In this document: positions 37,576 to 47,249 of the stretch, in pieces
Layout: the number at the start of each line of letters is the position of its first letter
Position numbering within the stretch: position 1 is the stretch's first letter
Source: a virus
Taxonomy: Duplodnaviria; Caudoviricetes
Length of the DNA: 54,309 nt
Virus record (IMG/VR): IMGVR_UViG_3300002446_000376
Span: 1-54,309 of that record
Reading direction: 5' to 3' (one strand)
Translations under genes and position numbers: made by a program
Notes under the pieces: generated by a model
What the model was told of the DNA's origin: nothing
Database searches by the model: none
What the model saw: the letters and a program-made list of their open reading frames with translations, nothing else

Positions 37576-38458
37576 AGGATTGACTGTGATTCTGCCTGCG
37601 AAAAATGAAATATTTTTGAAAAAAACTATTGAAGAAACACTTTCAAAGAGTCGCGGCAACGTGGAAATATTGCCAGTATTAGATGGTTATGATATTCCAG
37701 ACGAAGAAGTAGTTAAAGACTCAAGAGTTAGGTATATAAAAAGACCTTTTAAAACTTTTGATTTGACTAAACGTCAGTGCATAAATGAAGCAGTTGAACA
37801 AGCCAGTTATGATTATGTAATGGCGTTGGACGCTCATTGTATGTTGGGGGAGGGGTATGATTTAACTTTATTAAACGAAACAGAAGAGAATGAGGTTTCT
37901 ATTTTAAGAAGAGAACGATTAGACGCTGAGAATTGGAAAATATATCGTGGCCCAGATAATGATTTTCTTCCTATTGATTATGAATATTATATGTGGCGAC
38001 CACTTGTAGCGGGAATTGCTGGCGATTCTAAAGGAGGGTTACATGGGTATAGATGGGGGCAACGAACACAAGAAAGATTAAATATATCAAAAGATGAAAA
38101 TTGCACTTTTCAGGCGAGTCAATGGGGAATGTGGAAATCTTTTTATAAAGAAATAGGATTAATGCAAGTAGAAGGATACACAGGATGGGGTTGTGAGGCT
38201 TCAGAAATTTCTTTAAAAGCATTGCAACATGGAGGGCGAGTTGTTTCTTTAAAAAATTCGTGGTTTGCCCATTTACACAAAGGACGTACTTATGGTAGAA
38301 TGTATAAAGTACCACTTGGAGGTATTCATGCTTCTGATTTGTATGCATTTAATGATTTTGTAAATAAAAATAGAAAAATATTTGTAGATTTGATAGAAAG
38401 ATTCTATCCGCTTCCTGGATGGCCTGAAAATTGGAAAACATATTTACCAAAAATATGA
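37568..38458 (+). CDS. glycosyltransferase, polypeptide GalNAc-transferase-like
   Basis: LDAHC (DxH), WGCEASEISLK..GG, FAHLHK. Confidence 0.8.
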   Translation: MSKGLTVILPAKNEIFLKKTIEETLSKSRGNVEILPVLDGYDIPDEEVVKDSRVRYIKRPFKTFDLTKRQCINEAVEQASYDYVMALDAHCMLGEGYDLTLLNETEENEVSILRRERLDAENWKIYRGPDNDFLPIDYEYYMWRPLVAGIAGDSKGGLHGYRWGQRTQERLNISKDENCTFQASQWGMWKSFYKEIGLMQVEGYTGWGCEASEISLKALQHGGRVVSLKNSWFAHLHKGRTYGRMYKVPLGGIHASDLYAFNDFVNKNRKIFVDLIERFYPLPGWPENWKTYLPKI

Positions 38459-38916
38459 AAAAAATACCATTAACGAAAGGATTTTTTGCTATTGTTGATA
38501 ATGATATGTTTGATTATTTAAACCAATGGAAATGGCATTATGAAAATGGATACGCTTCAAAAAGTTATTATCCTACAAAAATGCATCAACTTGTAATAAA
38601 AAATTATAAAAAAGGAGATATTATAGATCATATAAATAGAGATAAATTAGACAATAGAAAAATAAATATTAGAAAAGTAAATAATCAACAAAATTGTTTT
38701 AATCGTTCTATTCAATATAATAGCACAACAGGAGTACAAGGAGTAACTCTTCGTAAAGATAGAAAAAATTTAAAACGTCCTTGGAGGGCTGTAATTAAAA
38801 AAGACGGAAAACGAACACATATTGGGTATTTTAAAACAAAAGAAGAAGCGGGAGAAGCATATCAAAAAACAAAATTAAAGTTACATGGGGTAAGAACATA
38901 TACATATGATAAATAG
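38455..38916 (+). CDS. HNH-AP2 homing endonuclease
   Basis: IPLTKG.FAIVD, IDHINRDKLDNR..N, GVQGV..WRAVI..IGYFKTKEEA. Confidence 0.9.
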   Translation: MKKIPLTKGFFAIVDNDMFDYLNQWKWHYENGYASKSYYPTKMHQLVIKNYKKGDIIDHINRDKLDNRKINIRKVNNQQNCFNRSIQYNSTTGVQGVTLRKDRKNLKRPWRAVIKKDGKRTHIGYFKTKEEAGEAYQKTKLKLHGVRTYTYDK

Positions 38917-39514
38917 AGAACAATATATTATAAATAAATATAAAATAGATATAACAAACCCAGCACCGCATTGTCTTGAAATATCTCGTTGGCGTGATTT
39001 ACCAAAATTATTATTAGAAGTAGAAGTAAAAGAAATGGCTGAAATTGGCGTGGAAGTTGGAAAATACTCGGAATGTTTATTGAATGGAATACCAAATTTA
39101 AAATTATACAGTATAGATCCTTGGCAAGTTTATGATTCTTATAGAATTGGAATTAAAGATAAGGTAGACGATTATTACAAACAAGCCGTTAAAAGACTAA
39201 ACGGAAGATGTGAAATTATTCGTAAATTCTCCATTGATGCCTCGAAAGATTTTGCAGACGAAAGTTTGGACGCTGTTTTTATAGATTCAAATCACGATTT
39301 AGTTAATGTTATTAATGATGTTGATGTTTGGTCTAAAAAAGTCAAAAAAGGAGGTGTTATGATTGGGCATGATTATTTCAATCAGATATGTGAACACGAA
39401 AGGATAGATGTTAAGACAGCTATTGATGCATGGGTAAGTTGCCACGATATTAAAACTTGGTTTATAACTACTAAAAAAGAAAGACGTAGTTGTTGGCTAT
39501 GGATAAATAAATGA
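38906..39514 (+). CDS. SAM methyltransferase (Methyltransf_24-like)
   Basis: AEIGVEVG, SIDPW, VFIDSNH, GGVMIGHDY. Confidence 0.88.
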   Translation: MINREQYIINKYKIDITNPAPHCLEISRWRDLPKLLLEVEVKEMAEIGVEVGKYSECLLNGIPNLKLYSIDPWQVYDSYRIGIKDKVDDYYKQAVKRLNGRCEIIRKFSIDASKDFADESLDAVFIDSNHDLVNVINDVDVWSKKVKKGGVMIGHDYFNQICEHERIDVKTAIDAWVSCHDIKTWFITTKKERRSCWLWINK

Positions 39515-40287
39515 AAATTCAAATTGAAAGCTCAACATATTGCAATGCGAAGTGTTTATTTTGCCCTCGTTACGAAATGCACAGACCGATGGGAGAAATG
39601 TCAGACGATTTATTTCATAAAATTGTTCAGGAAGGTAAAGAACTTGGAATAACTCATTTTTTTCCCTACCTCAATGGTGAACCCTTCTTATTTTCCAGAA
39701 TTTGGGAATGGTTATATTATTTAGAAAAAGAAGGTTGTATAGTTTCTCTTTATACTAATGCAGAATTGATGGATGTTGATAGATTGATAAAATATAAAAA
39801 TATACATTTTGTTAATTGTAGTTTAAATGCATCAACTTATGAAACTCATAAGAAAATAATGCGTGGCCCTGATTTTAACAAGTCAAAAGAAAACACAAAA
39901 AAACTTATTGAAAAAGCACCATTTAAAACAAGGGTTTCGATGGTAGTATCAGAAGACAATAAACACGAAGTAGAAGATTTTAAAAAAGAATGGGGTAAAT
40001 ACGCAACTATTAGTGCAATGGCTAATTGGGTCGGCGCAAGACCGGTTAAACAAGAAAATACCAAAGTAAGACGATATTGTAATCGTACTATACATAGCAT
40101 TACGGTGTTATGGGACGGGCGGGTATGTACATGTTGCTTGGATAGCGATCCGAAATTATTTTATGGTAATCTTAATGAAATTAGTTTAAAACAAGTTATT
40201 GAAAATATGAAAGAGATTAGAGAGGCGCATAAAAAACACGATTTTAGTATGAACCCTTGCAAATTTTGCAATTTTAATACTTTATAA
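39511..40287 (+). CDS. radical SAM protein with SPASM/twitch domain
   Basis: CNAKCLFC, NGEPF, DGRVCTCC.D, CKFC. Confidence 0.9.
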   Translation: MKIQIESSTYCNAKCLFCPRYEMHRPMGEMSDDLFHKIVQEGKELGITHFFPYLNGEPFLFSRIWEWLYYLEKEGCIVSLYTNAELMDVDRLIKYKNIHFVNCSLNASTYETHKKIMRGPDFNKSKENTKKLIEKAPFKTRVSMVVSEDNKHEVEDFKKEWGKYATISAMANWVGARPVKQENTKVRRYCNRTIHSITVLWDGRVCTCCLDSDPKLFYGNLNEISLKQVIENMKEIREAHKKHDFSMNPCKFCNFNTL

Positions 40288-40291
40288 ATAT

Positions 40292-40771
40292 ATGGGGATA
40301 GGTAAAGATAACAAATTTAAATCGAATGATGTTGTTTATTCAACACCAATTAAATTATTTGATTATATAAACAAAGAATTTAATTTTAAGTTAGATGTTT
40401 GTGCGTTGCCCGAAAATTCCAAATGTAATAAATATTTTACTCCCGAAATAGATGGATTAATTCAAGATTGGAAAGGAGTATGCTGGATGAATCCTCCTTT
40501 TAATAAAGATTTGAAAAAATGGGTATTAAAAGCTCATTCAGAATCAAAAAATAATAATTCCATTGTTTGTTGTTTAATTCCAGTAAGAAGTAATACTGTT
40601 TGGTGGAAAGACGTTTGTTTAGACGCTGAAATTAGATTTATTATCGGGGAAGTTAATTTTAACAATTTAGAACGAGGGTTATGGCTACCAATGTGTTTTA
40701 TGATTTTCGGAACAAATAAAAAAGGACAGTTTAGTTATATTGATTATAAAAAAATTAGAAAAAATGAATAA
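40292..40771 (+). CDS. phage N6-adenine DNA methyltransferase
   Basis: STP..LFD..EFNFKLDVCA, WMNPPF, LIPVRSNT.WW. Confidence 0.88.
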   Translation: MGIGKDNKFKSNDVVYSTPIKLFDYINKEFNFKLDVCALPENSKCNKYFTPEIDGLIQDWKGVCWMNPPFNKDLKKWVLKAHSESKNNNSIVCCLIPVRSNTVWWKDVCLDAEIRFIIGEVNFNNLERGLWLPMCFMIFGTNKKGQFSYIDYKKIRKNE

Positions 40772-41420
40772 TGATTTATGCACCATAATATATTATACTT
40801 CAAATTTAGAAGATGAAAAATTTGAAGAAAAAATAAGACAAAATATTTTAGATGTTAAAGGAGATTTACCATTAATATCTGTCAGTCAAAAACCATTAAA
40901 TTTTGGTACTAATGTTTGTGTGGGGGAAGTTGGCTATTCTTATCTTAATGCGTTTCGCCAAATTTTGATTGGCGCGGAAATTGCCACAACACCATTTGTT
41001 ACGATGTGCGAGTCGGACTGTTTATATCCTAGAGAAGGGTATTTTGATTTTGAACCGACTGATATAAATAAAATTTATAGTTATAATGAAAATTGGATTC
41101 TTTGGAAAAAAGAAGGAATAAATAAATTTAAAAAAAAATTACAAACGCACGGTTCTATGATTTATGGGCGACTTTGGTTAATTGAGTTTTTAAATAAATG
41201 TTTAAAAAATTTACCAGAATGGAGCACGAATAGAAAACAAGGAATACCGTTTTATGATAAAAATCAAGAATTTGTATTTTTCGGAAAAGATCCGATTATA
41301 AATATAATAACGGGTAGCAATGGCAGAAAAAGTACATCGTTAATGAATGTTCCATCACAAAGATTTTTATCTCCTTGGGGAGATTGCAAACTTTTAAAAA
41401 GAAAAATGTTTTATGAATAA
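40764..41420 (+). CDS. GT-A-like protein, paralog of next gene
   Basis: IIYYTSN, PLISVSQKP, CESDCLY. Confidence 0.65.
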   Translation: MNNDLCTIIYYTSNLEDEKFEEKIRQNILDVKGDLPLISVSQKPLNFGTNVCVGEVGYSYLNAFRQILIGAEIATTPFVTMCESDCLYPREGYFDFEPTDINKIYSYNENWILWKKEGINKFKKKLQTHGSMIYGRLWLIEFLNKCLKNLPEWSTNRKQGIPFYDKNQEFVFFGKDPIINIITGSNGRKSTSLMNVPSQRFLSPWGDCKLLKRKMFYE

Positions 41421-42114
41421 TTCAAAAAGTATTATTTTTTACACCGCCAATCGCATATATGATGAAATGATGAATAAGAATGTCGAATGTTTGAAAAAAT
41501 CGGCAGTGGGCATTCCTATAATCAGTGTATCGCAAAAACCAATGCCAGATTTAGGCACGAATATAGTTTTTGAAAATAAAGAACAAACATATTTAAACAT
41601 TTATCGCCAGTTATACATCGGGGCGAAAGCGTCTACATCTGATATTTTATACGCATGTGAGGACGACACTTTTTATGCACCAAGTCATTTCGAATTATAT
41701 CCATTTGACGAAAATACTTTCGCTTACAATATGAATAAATGGTCATATTTTGTTTGGCGACCAGATATATTTTCTAATCGTAATAGAAAAACATTAAATT
41801 GTCTTATTGCCCCACGCCTTAAACTAATTGAAGCTTTAGAAGAAAGATTTGATTTATTAGATAAATTGGGAGATAAAATAAAAATGTGTTATTGGTCTGA
41901 ATTTTCAAGAAACGTGTATGAACGTCATCTTGGCGTTAAAGAACAAAAAGGTGAAGAATTAGAATCAAGAGAACCTATTGTAATGGTGAATCACGAAAAA
42001 TCCATAAACTATCTAAAACAAGGAACAAGAAAAAGACTCGGTGATAAACGAGCCTTTGAATTGCCTTATTGGGGGTCGGCTAAATCTTTCGGAGAAAAAT
42101 ATTCTATATTATAA
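41413..42114 (+). CDS. GT-A-like protein
   Basis: IIFYTAN, PIISVSQKP, CEDDTFY. Confidence 0.65.
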   Translation: MNNSKSIIFYTANRIYDEMMNKNVECLKKSAVGIPIISVSQKPMPDLGTNIVFENKEQTYLNIYRQLYIGAKASTSDILYACEDDTFYAPSHFELYPFDENTFAYNMNKWSYFVWRPDIFSNRNRKTLNCLIAPRLKLIEALEERFDLLDKLGDKIKMCYWSEFSRNVYERHLGVKEQKGEELESREPIVMVNHEKSINYLKQGTRKRLGDKRAFELPYWGSAKSFGEKYSIL

Positions 42115-42363
42115 CACAATATAATCATCTCCTTCCAAATCTACTGTTCTCAATATCCAATGGTGTTTGCCATCTTTTTTTTGTAGACAAAGAAATTCTC
42201 CATCCATAAAAGCATAATCTTCATTCCAATCAGATTTTCTTATTTTTTTACCGGAAAGAAGGGCTAATCTTGCTTGGTCAAAATCTACTTTAATATTTAC
42301 TTTAGTTTCATTTGCAACTTCGGCGGGCAACGGTGTAGAACTAACTTCATTTTTTTGTTCCAT
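42109..42363 (-). CDS. DUF2829 / Tad2-like protein
   Basis: FDQARLALLSGKKIRKSDWN...W.LRTVDLEGDDYIVL. Confidence 0.65.
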   Translation of the reverse strand: MEQKNEVSSTPLPAEVANETKVNIKVDFDQARLALLSGKKIRKSDWNEDYAFMDGEFLCLQKKDGKHHWILRTVDLEGDDYIVL

Positions 42364-42389
42364 ATTAGTATATTTTATTATATTTTTAT

Positions 42390-42418
42390 TTTACGACCTT
42401 TGAAATAATATCTATAAT
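42390..42418 (+). promoter_or_regulatory. class A promoter variant
   Basis: TTTACG(ACCTT)-17-TATAAT. Confidence 0.7.
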
Positions 42419-42443
42419 GTAAGTATAGCATATATCATATTTT

Positions 42444-43445
42444 ATGTCAAATTATACACTCAGTGTTCTTATTCCAGCAAGGCAAGAGGAATGGCTAAAT
42501 TTAACGATAGAAGATATTCTTAAACACAAATCTCCACAAACTGAGATTATTGTTGGGTTAGATGGTTATTGGCCGTCTGTTCCTATTAAAGACAATCCTG
42601 ACGTTACTATTATTCATTCAGGAGAATCGTTGGGGCAACGAAAAATGACGAAACAATGTGCAAGTATCGCAAGAGGACGCTATTTGATGAAGGTAGATGC
42701 TCATTGTAGTTTTGCTCAAGATTTTGATATTGAAATGTTGAAAGCGTTTGAAAAAACTGGAGATAATGTTGTAATATCTCCGTTGATGAGAAACCTATGG
42801 GTATTCAACTGGAGATGCAAAAAATGTGGTAATGAAACATATCAAGGACCGACACCGACTAAATGTGAAAAATGCGATAACACAACAGACTTTGAAAAAA
42901 AAGTATATTGGGTAGCTAAAGAAAATCCTCAGTCTAATAGTTTTATGTTTGATAATACGTTTCACTTCCAATATTGGCGTGACTATAGGAAACGACCAAA
43001 ATTTAAAGAAGAATTAACTAAAGATGGAATTACTGAAACATTAAGTTTGCAAGGAAGTTGCTGGATGTTATCTAAAGAAAAATATTTTGAACTTGATATT
43101 GATAGTGATTCTTATGGGTCTTGGGGAAATATGGGTTCACAAATTGCTTGTTCGTTTTGGCTTTCTGGCGGGCGTGTATTAGTGAATAATAATACATATT
43201 ATGCACATTTATTTAGGACTTCAGGAGATTTTACATTTCCGTATCCTCAGCCAGGCAGAGAAGTGGAAAAAACAAAACAATACATAAAAAATTTATTTTT
43301 TGAAAACAAATTTGAAAAACAAATATATCCTTTAAGATGGCTTGTTGAGCGTTTTGCGCCAGTGCCAACTTGGGACGAAGAATCTATAAATAAATTAAAA
43401 GAAGCCGAAAAAGATTTTAAACCTTATATTGGGAAAGTTAGTTAA
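42444..43445 (+). CDS. glycosyltransferase, polypeptide GalNAc-transferase-like, with zinc-ribbon insert
   Basis: SVLIPARQE, VDAHC, SWGNMG..WLSGG..YAHLFR; CKKC..CEKC. Confidence 0.82.
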   Translation: MSNYTLSVLIPARQEEWLNLTIEDILKHKSPQTEIIVGLDGYWPSVPIKDNPDVTIIHSGESLGQRKMTKQCASIARGRYLMKVDAHCSFAQDFDIEMLKAFEKTGDNVVISPLMRNLWVFNWRCKKCGNETYQGPTPTKCEKCDNTTDFEKKVYWVAKENPQSNSFMFDNTFHFQYWRDYRKRPKFKEELTKDGITETLSLQGSCWMLSKEKYFELDIDSDSYGSWGNMGSQIACSFWLSGGRVLVNNNTYYAHLFRTSGDFTFPYPQPGREVEKTKQYIKNLFFENKFEKQIYPLRWLVERFAPVPTWDEESINKLKEAEKDFKPYIGKVS

Positions 43446-43559
43446 TTGGAAATAGATAAAGAAAAATTAAATAGTGCAATAAAACAACTGGACAAACAAT
43501 GTAAATCGGTTTTTTCTCTTGCCCCTACGGAGGAAAGGGGGCAGGGATAAGGAACAGAT

Positions 43560-46500
43560 ATGCCACAAATTGGCCCCACCAAAATCAACAAAAAAATCAA
43601 AGACAAATACTCCGTTGTGAGTAATGCTTTTCGGCTATCAAAAGTTAAAAATGCGGAATTGGACAAATATCACAAAGCCCCGAAAGACTTGGTTGTCGCC
43701 GAAGTCGGTGATGTTAAGCAAGAGGAGTTTTTTCCGCAGGTCAAATTGGGGCGATGGGGCGACACCGAAAACGACAACGAAGTCAATTTTTCCGTCCGTT
43801 TGCAACACTCCGAAAAAGGCACGGAAAGCGTGGGAAGCGATGATGATAAAATCACTTGGGAAAAAGGCAACCTCAAAGCCGAGTTTTACGATTACAATGA
43901 GGGCGAGGGTGGATACAAGTTCGTGTGGTATTTGAAGCGCAAGCCAAAGACAAACAAGCTCACATTTTCTTTGCAGACAAAGGGTTTGAAGTTTTACTAC
44001 CAGTCGCCGCTAACGCAGAAGATTACCGATGAGCAAAAAGCCAAAGGCTACACCGCCACCGAAACCGATATTTTTGATGAGAACGGCAAGGTAGTGGCAC
44101 ACCGCCCCGAAAATGTTGTTGGCTCTTATGCCGTCTATCACGAAAGTAAAGGCGGAATGGTGGACAAGGACGGCAAGGACTACAAAACAGGCAAAGCGTT
44201 TCAGATTTACCGCCCGCATTTGATTGACGCAAACGGCAAGGAAGCGTGGGGGATTTTGAGCATTGACACAAATGCGGGAACTTACAGCGTGGAGATACCG
44301 CAGGCGTTTTTGGACACCGCGGTTTATCCAATTAAGAGTAATGATACTTTTGGGTATACGAGTGAAGCATCAACAGCGAGTTGGGCATATGTGGACAATT
44401 TTGTTGGAAGTGCTTTTACATTTCCGTCTGGTGGCGGAACAGTGTCAAGTATATCTTTTTTGACTAATCAAAGTATTGTTGCTAATGCTAAGGGGATTAT
44501 TTGCAGAAAAATAACAAAGAATATAGTCAGTGATGGTATAAGTGTTGCGATTGCAATATCACGTTATTCAAAAACTTGGCAAACCGCCGATTATGAAACA
44601 AGTCCTGTCTTAACTGGTGGAATAGGGTATATTTTTGGTTTTGTTCCGTCAAACGATGCATATACATTTTACGATACAGGGGACGCAAATCAGGGTTACT
44701 TAGATAACAATTCTTATGATTCGCCACAAGATTTAGGAAATGTAACATTAAGCACTAACAAATTCTCTGTTTATGTTACCTACACGGCAAATAGTAGTAG
44801 TATGACAGAAGTTATTGAAGGACACGCCGCTTATACTGACGCCGTTTTTTGTTATGCCACAGGCGGGACTTGCTACTCGACAAATGGAGGTAATATTCGT
44901 ATGGGGTATCGTGATGGACCAAGTTATGGGAATTGTGATGTGGCGGTGAGATTTACTACGGTTGCTATTCCGCAAGGAGCGACAATTAACGACGCATATT
45001 TTCTTTATGAGGCGCAAGATACTGATGCATCTACTGATAATGTAAAAATTTATGGCGAGGATGTTGATGATGCCGCTATGCCTTCCACAACTTTTGCTAA
45101 TGCTGATAGCCCAACAAATAAAACGCCGACAACTGCTTATGTAGAATGGACTTTGCCAAATCAAACGGACAATGAAAGTTATATTTCTCCAGATATTAAA
45201 ACCGTAATTCAAGAAATTGTTGACAGGGAAGGATGGTCAAGTGGTAATGATATGTGTATTTTGATTAGGAATAATGGAGCAACAGAAAATCACAACGCTT
45301 TGAATACGGCGGGAAAGTTTGTTTTGTATATTACCTACACGGAGGGGGGAGGAACTTCTGCGTCTTTATCACCAAGTACATCAATTTCGGCAAGTCCTTC
45401 GTTATCTCCGAGTACTTCGACTTCGACAAGTCCTTCGGTATCGGAGAGTTCGTCAATATCGGCAAGTACTTCGGAATCCGTAAGTCCTTCGGTATCGGAA
45501 AGCACTTCCGAATCGGTAAGTCCTTCGATATCGGAGAGTTCTTCGATTAGTGCAAGCACTTCGCCTTCAACGAGTGCTTCGGTATCTCCAAGCACTTCCA
45601 TTTCTCAAAGTCCTTCGGTTAGTCCGAGTACTTCGGTTTCTAGTTCTCCATCAATAGGAATTAGTTCTTCCGTTAGTCCATCATTAAGCGAATCTATATC
45701 TGCTTCATTTTCCGAATCTATAAGTACATCAGCTTCGCCAAGTGTCTCTGAAAGTTCTTCAATTTCCGCCAGTTTGTCGGAATCTGTAAGTTCTTCCGTT
45801 TCTCCGAGTATATCAAGTTCTTCATCAATATCTGCTTCTCTTTCAATATCAATTAGTCCATCATTGTCTGAAAGTCAAAGTCAATCAATATCTCCGTCAA
45901 TATCATCAAGTTCAAGTATTAGCGCGTCGCTGTCATCTTCGCTATCTGAAAGTATAAGCGAATCAATATCTTCTTCAATTAGTTTTTCTCAGAGCGAAAG
46001 TATTAGCCCCAGTATATCGGAATCTTCCAGTATATCTTCTTCGGTTTCCTCTAGTCAATCTTCTTCGTTATCCCCAAGTATTAGTGAATCTTCAAGTATT
46101 AGTTCTAGTATTTCCCCATCTATAAGTTCAAGTCAATCAATATCTGTTTCCCCTTCTTTATCGGAATCTATTTCGTCATCTTTATCTGAAAGTTTATCGG
46201 AAAGCATTAGCCCGTCATTGTCCGAAAGTGTTAGTTCATCAATTTCTGAATCTTCTAGTATATCGGCTTCAAAATCTACTAGCACTTCTCCGTCTATTTC
46301 CGAAAGCAGTTCTGTATCTGCTTCTCTAAGTGAATCAATTTCTCCGAGTATTTCAGAATCTAGTTCTATTTCAGCATCAACATCGCCTTCATTAAGTCAA
46401 TCTGTTTCGGCTAGTTTGAGCATATCGCAAAGCCCAAGTCTTTCTGTGTCATTAAGTATTTCTATTTCTCCTTCTTCTTCGCCAAGTCCTTCGGATTCTC

Positions 46501-47192
46501 CTTCTATTAGCATTTCTATTTCTCCAAGTATATCTTCGTCTCTATCACCAAGTATTTCGGATAGCTCTTCTATTTCTTCAAGTAAATCAGAATCTAACAG
46601 TCCCTCGTTATCAATTTCAGTAAGTCCTTCAATATCAGAATCAAGTTCTATTTCTGCTTCACAATCACCAAGTGTATCAGAGAGTATATCTTCGAGCATA
46701 TCAGAAAGTATAAGCCCTAGTATTTCAGAAAGTTCTTCTATTTCGGAAAGTATTTCCCCAAGTTTATCAGAATCAATTTCTCCAAGTCAATCATCAAGTA
46801 TTAGTCCTTCGGTTAGTGAATCTATTAGTCTAAGTGTTTCTGCTTCTTTATCAACATCGGCAAGTCCGTCTTTATCTGAATCAATTTCGGCTTCATTAAG
46901 TCCAAGTTTAAGTGAATCTATTAGCCCTTCTATTTCATCAAGTTTATCAGCGTCTGTTTCACCTTCGATTTCGGCGAGCGTTTCGCCATCGTTAAGCGAA
47001 AGTATTTCATCTTCTTTATCTATTTCCGTTTCTCCTTCTATATCTCCTTCGGTTAGCCCATCGCCGTCGCCAGTTGATATTGATATTATTCTTTATACAA
47101 AGCCAAGAAAAACTAATTTATTTACAAATAAAAAAGTAGTAAATCTTTTTACTAAAATAAAAAGAACTATATTGACAAGTAATAGAAAATAG
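43560..47192 (+). CDS. 1210-aa serine-rich (mucin/SRR-like) protein, likely virion fibre or adhesin
   Basis: Beta-rich N-terminal domains, ~570-aa (S-x)n stalk, short basic C-terminus; no signal peptide or LPxTG. Confidence 0.85.
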   Translation: MPQIGPTKINKKIKDKYSVVSNAFRLSKVKNAELDKYHKAPKDLVVAEVGDVKQEEFFPQVKLGRWGDTENDNEVNFSVRLQHSEKGTESVGSDDDKITWEKGNLKAEFYDYNEGEGGYKFVWYLKRKPKTNKLTFSLQTKGLKFYYQSPLTQKITDEQKAKGYTATETDIFDENGKVVAHRPENVVGSYAVYHESKGGMVDKDGKDYKTGKAFQIYRPHLIDANGKEAWGILSIDTNAGTYSVEIPQAFLDTAVYPIKSNDTFGYTSEASTASWAYVDNFVGSAFTFPSGGGTVSSISFLTNQSIVANAKGIICRKITKNIVSDGISVAIAISRYSKTWQTADYETSPVLTGGIGYIFGFVPSNDAYTFYDTGDANQGYLDNNSYDSPQDLGNVTLSTNKFSVYVTYTANSSSMTEVIEGHAAYTDAVFCYATGGTCYSTNGGNIRMGYRDGPSYGNCDVAVRFTTVAIPQGATINDAYFLYEAQDTDASTDNVKIYGEDVDDAAMPSTTFANADSPTNKTPTTAYVEWTLPNQTDNESYISPDIKTVIQEIVDREGWSSGNDMCILIRNNGATENHNALNTAGKFVLYITYTEGGGTSASLSPSTSISASPSLSPSTSTSTSPSVSESSSISASTSESVSPSVSESTSESVSPSISESSSISASTSPSTSASVSPSTSISQSPSVSPSTSVSSSPSIGISSSVSPSLSESISASFSESISTSASPSVSESSSISASLSESVSSSVSPSISSSSSISASLSISISPSLSESQSQSISPSISSSSSISASLSSSLSESISESISSSISFSQSESISPSISESSSISSSVSSSQSSSLSPSISESSSISSSISPSISSSQSISVSPSLSESISSSLSESLSESISPSLSESVSSSISESSSISASKSTSTSPSISESSSVSASLSESISPSISESSSISASTSPSLSQSVSASLSISQSPSLSVSLSISISPSSSPSPSDSPSISISISPSISSSLSPSISDSSSISSSKSESNSPSLSISVSPSISESSSISASQSPSVSESISSSISESISPSISESSSISESISPSLSESISPSQSSSISPSVSESISLSVSASLSTSASPSLSESISASLSPSLSESISPSISSSLSASVSPSISASVSPSLSESISSSLSISVSPSISPSVSPSPSPVDIDIILYTKPRKTNLFTNKKVVNLFTKIKRTILTSNRK
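45354..47072 (+). repeat. Ser-dipeptide low-complexity coding repeat
   Basis: [13 protein letters not shown]-type units with mixed TCN/AGY codons. Confidence 0.95.
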
Positions 47193-47200
47193 TTTTTTAT

Positions 47201-47229
47201 TTTACTACCCTTAAAAAAATATTTATAAT
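47201..47229 (+). promoter_or_regulatory. class A (late) promoter of neck/tail operon
   Basis: TTTACTACCC, 17-nt spacer, TATAAT. Confidence 0.8.
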
Positions 47230-47249
47230 AAAGATATAACATATAAATT

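Noticed and set aside
25788-43445. Island as a DNA hypermodification pathway
   Set aside because: No base hydroxymethylase or similar seen, and late-module position plus a Ser-rich neighbour favour protein glycosylation. Not fully excluded.
43446-43550. 34-codon ORF and GC hairpin in frame between the GT and Ser-rich genes
   Set aside because: Bounded by TAA stops on both sides with no read-through signal; the hairpin lacks a U tract.
45335-46699. Minus-strand ORFs over the Ser repeat
   Set aside because: Shadow frames of low-complexity codons.
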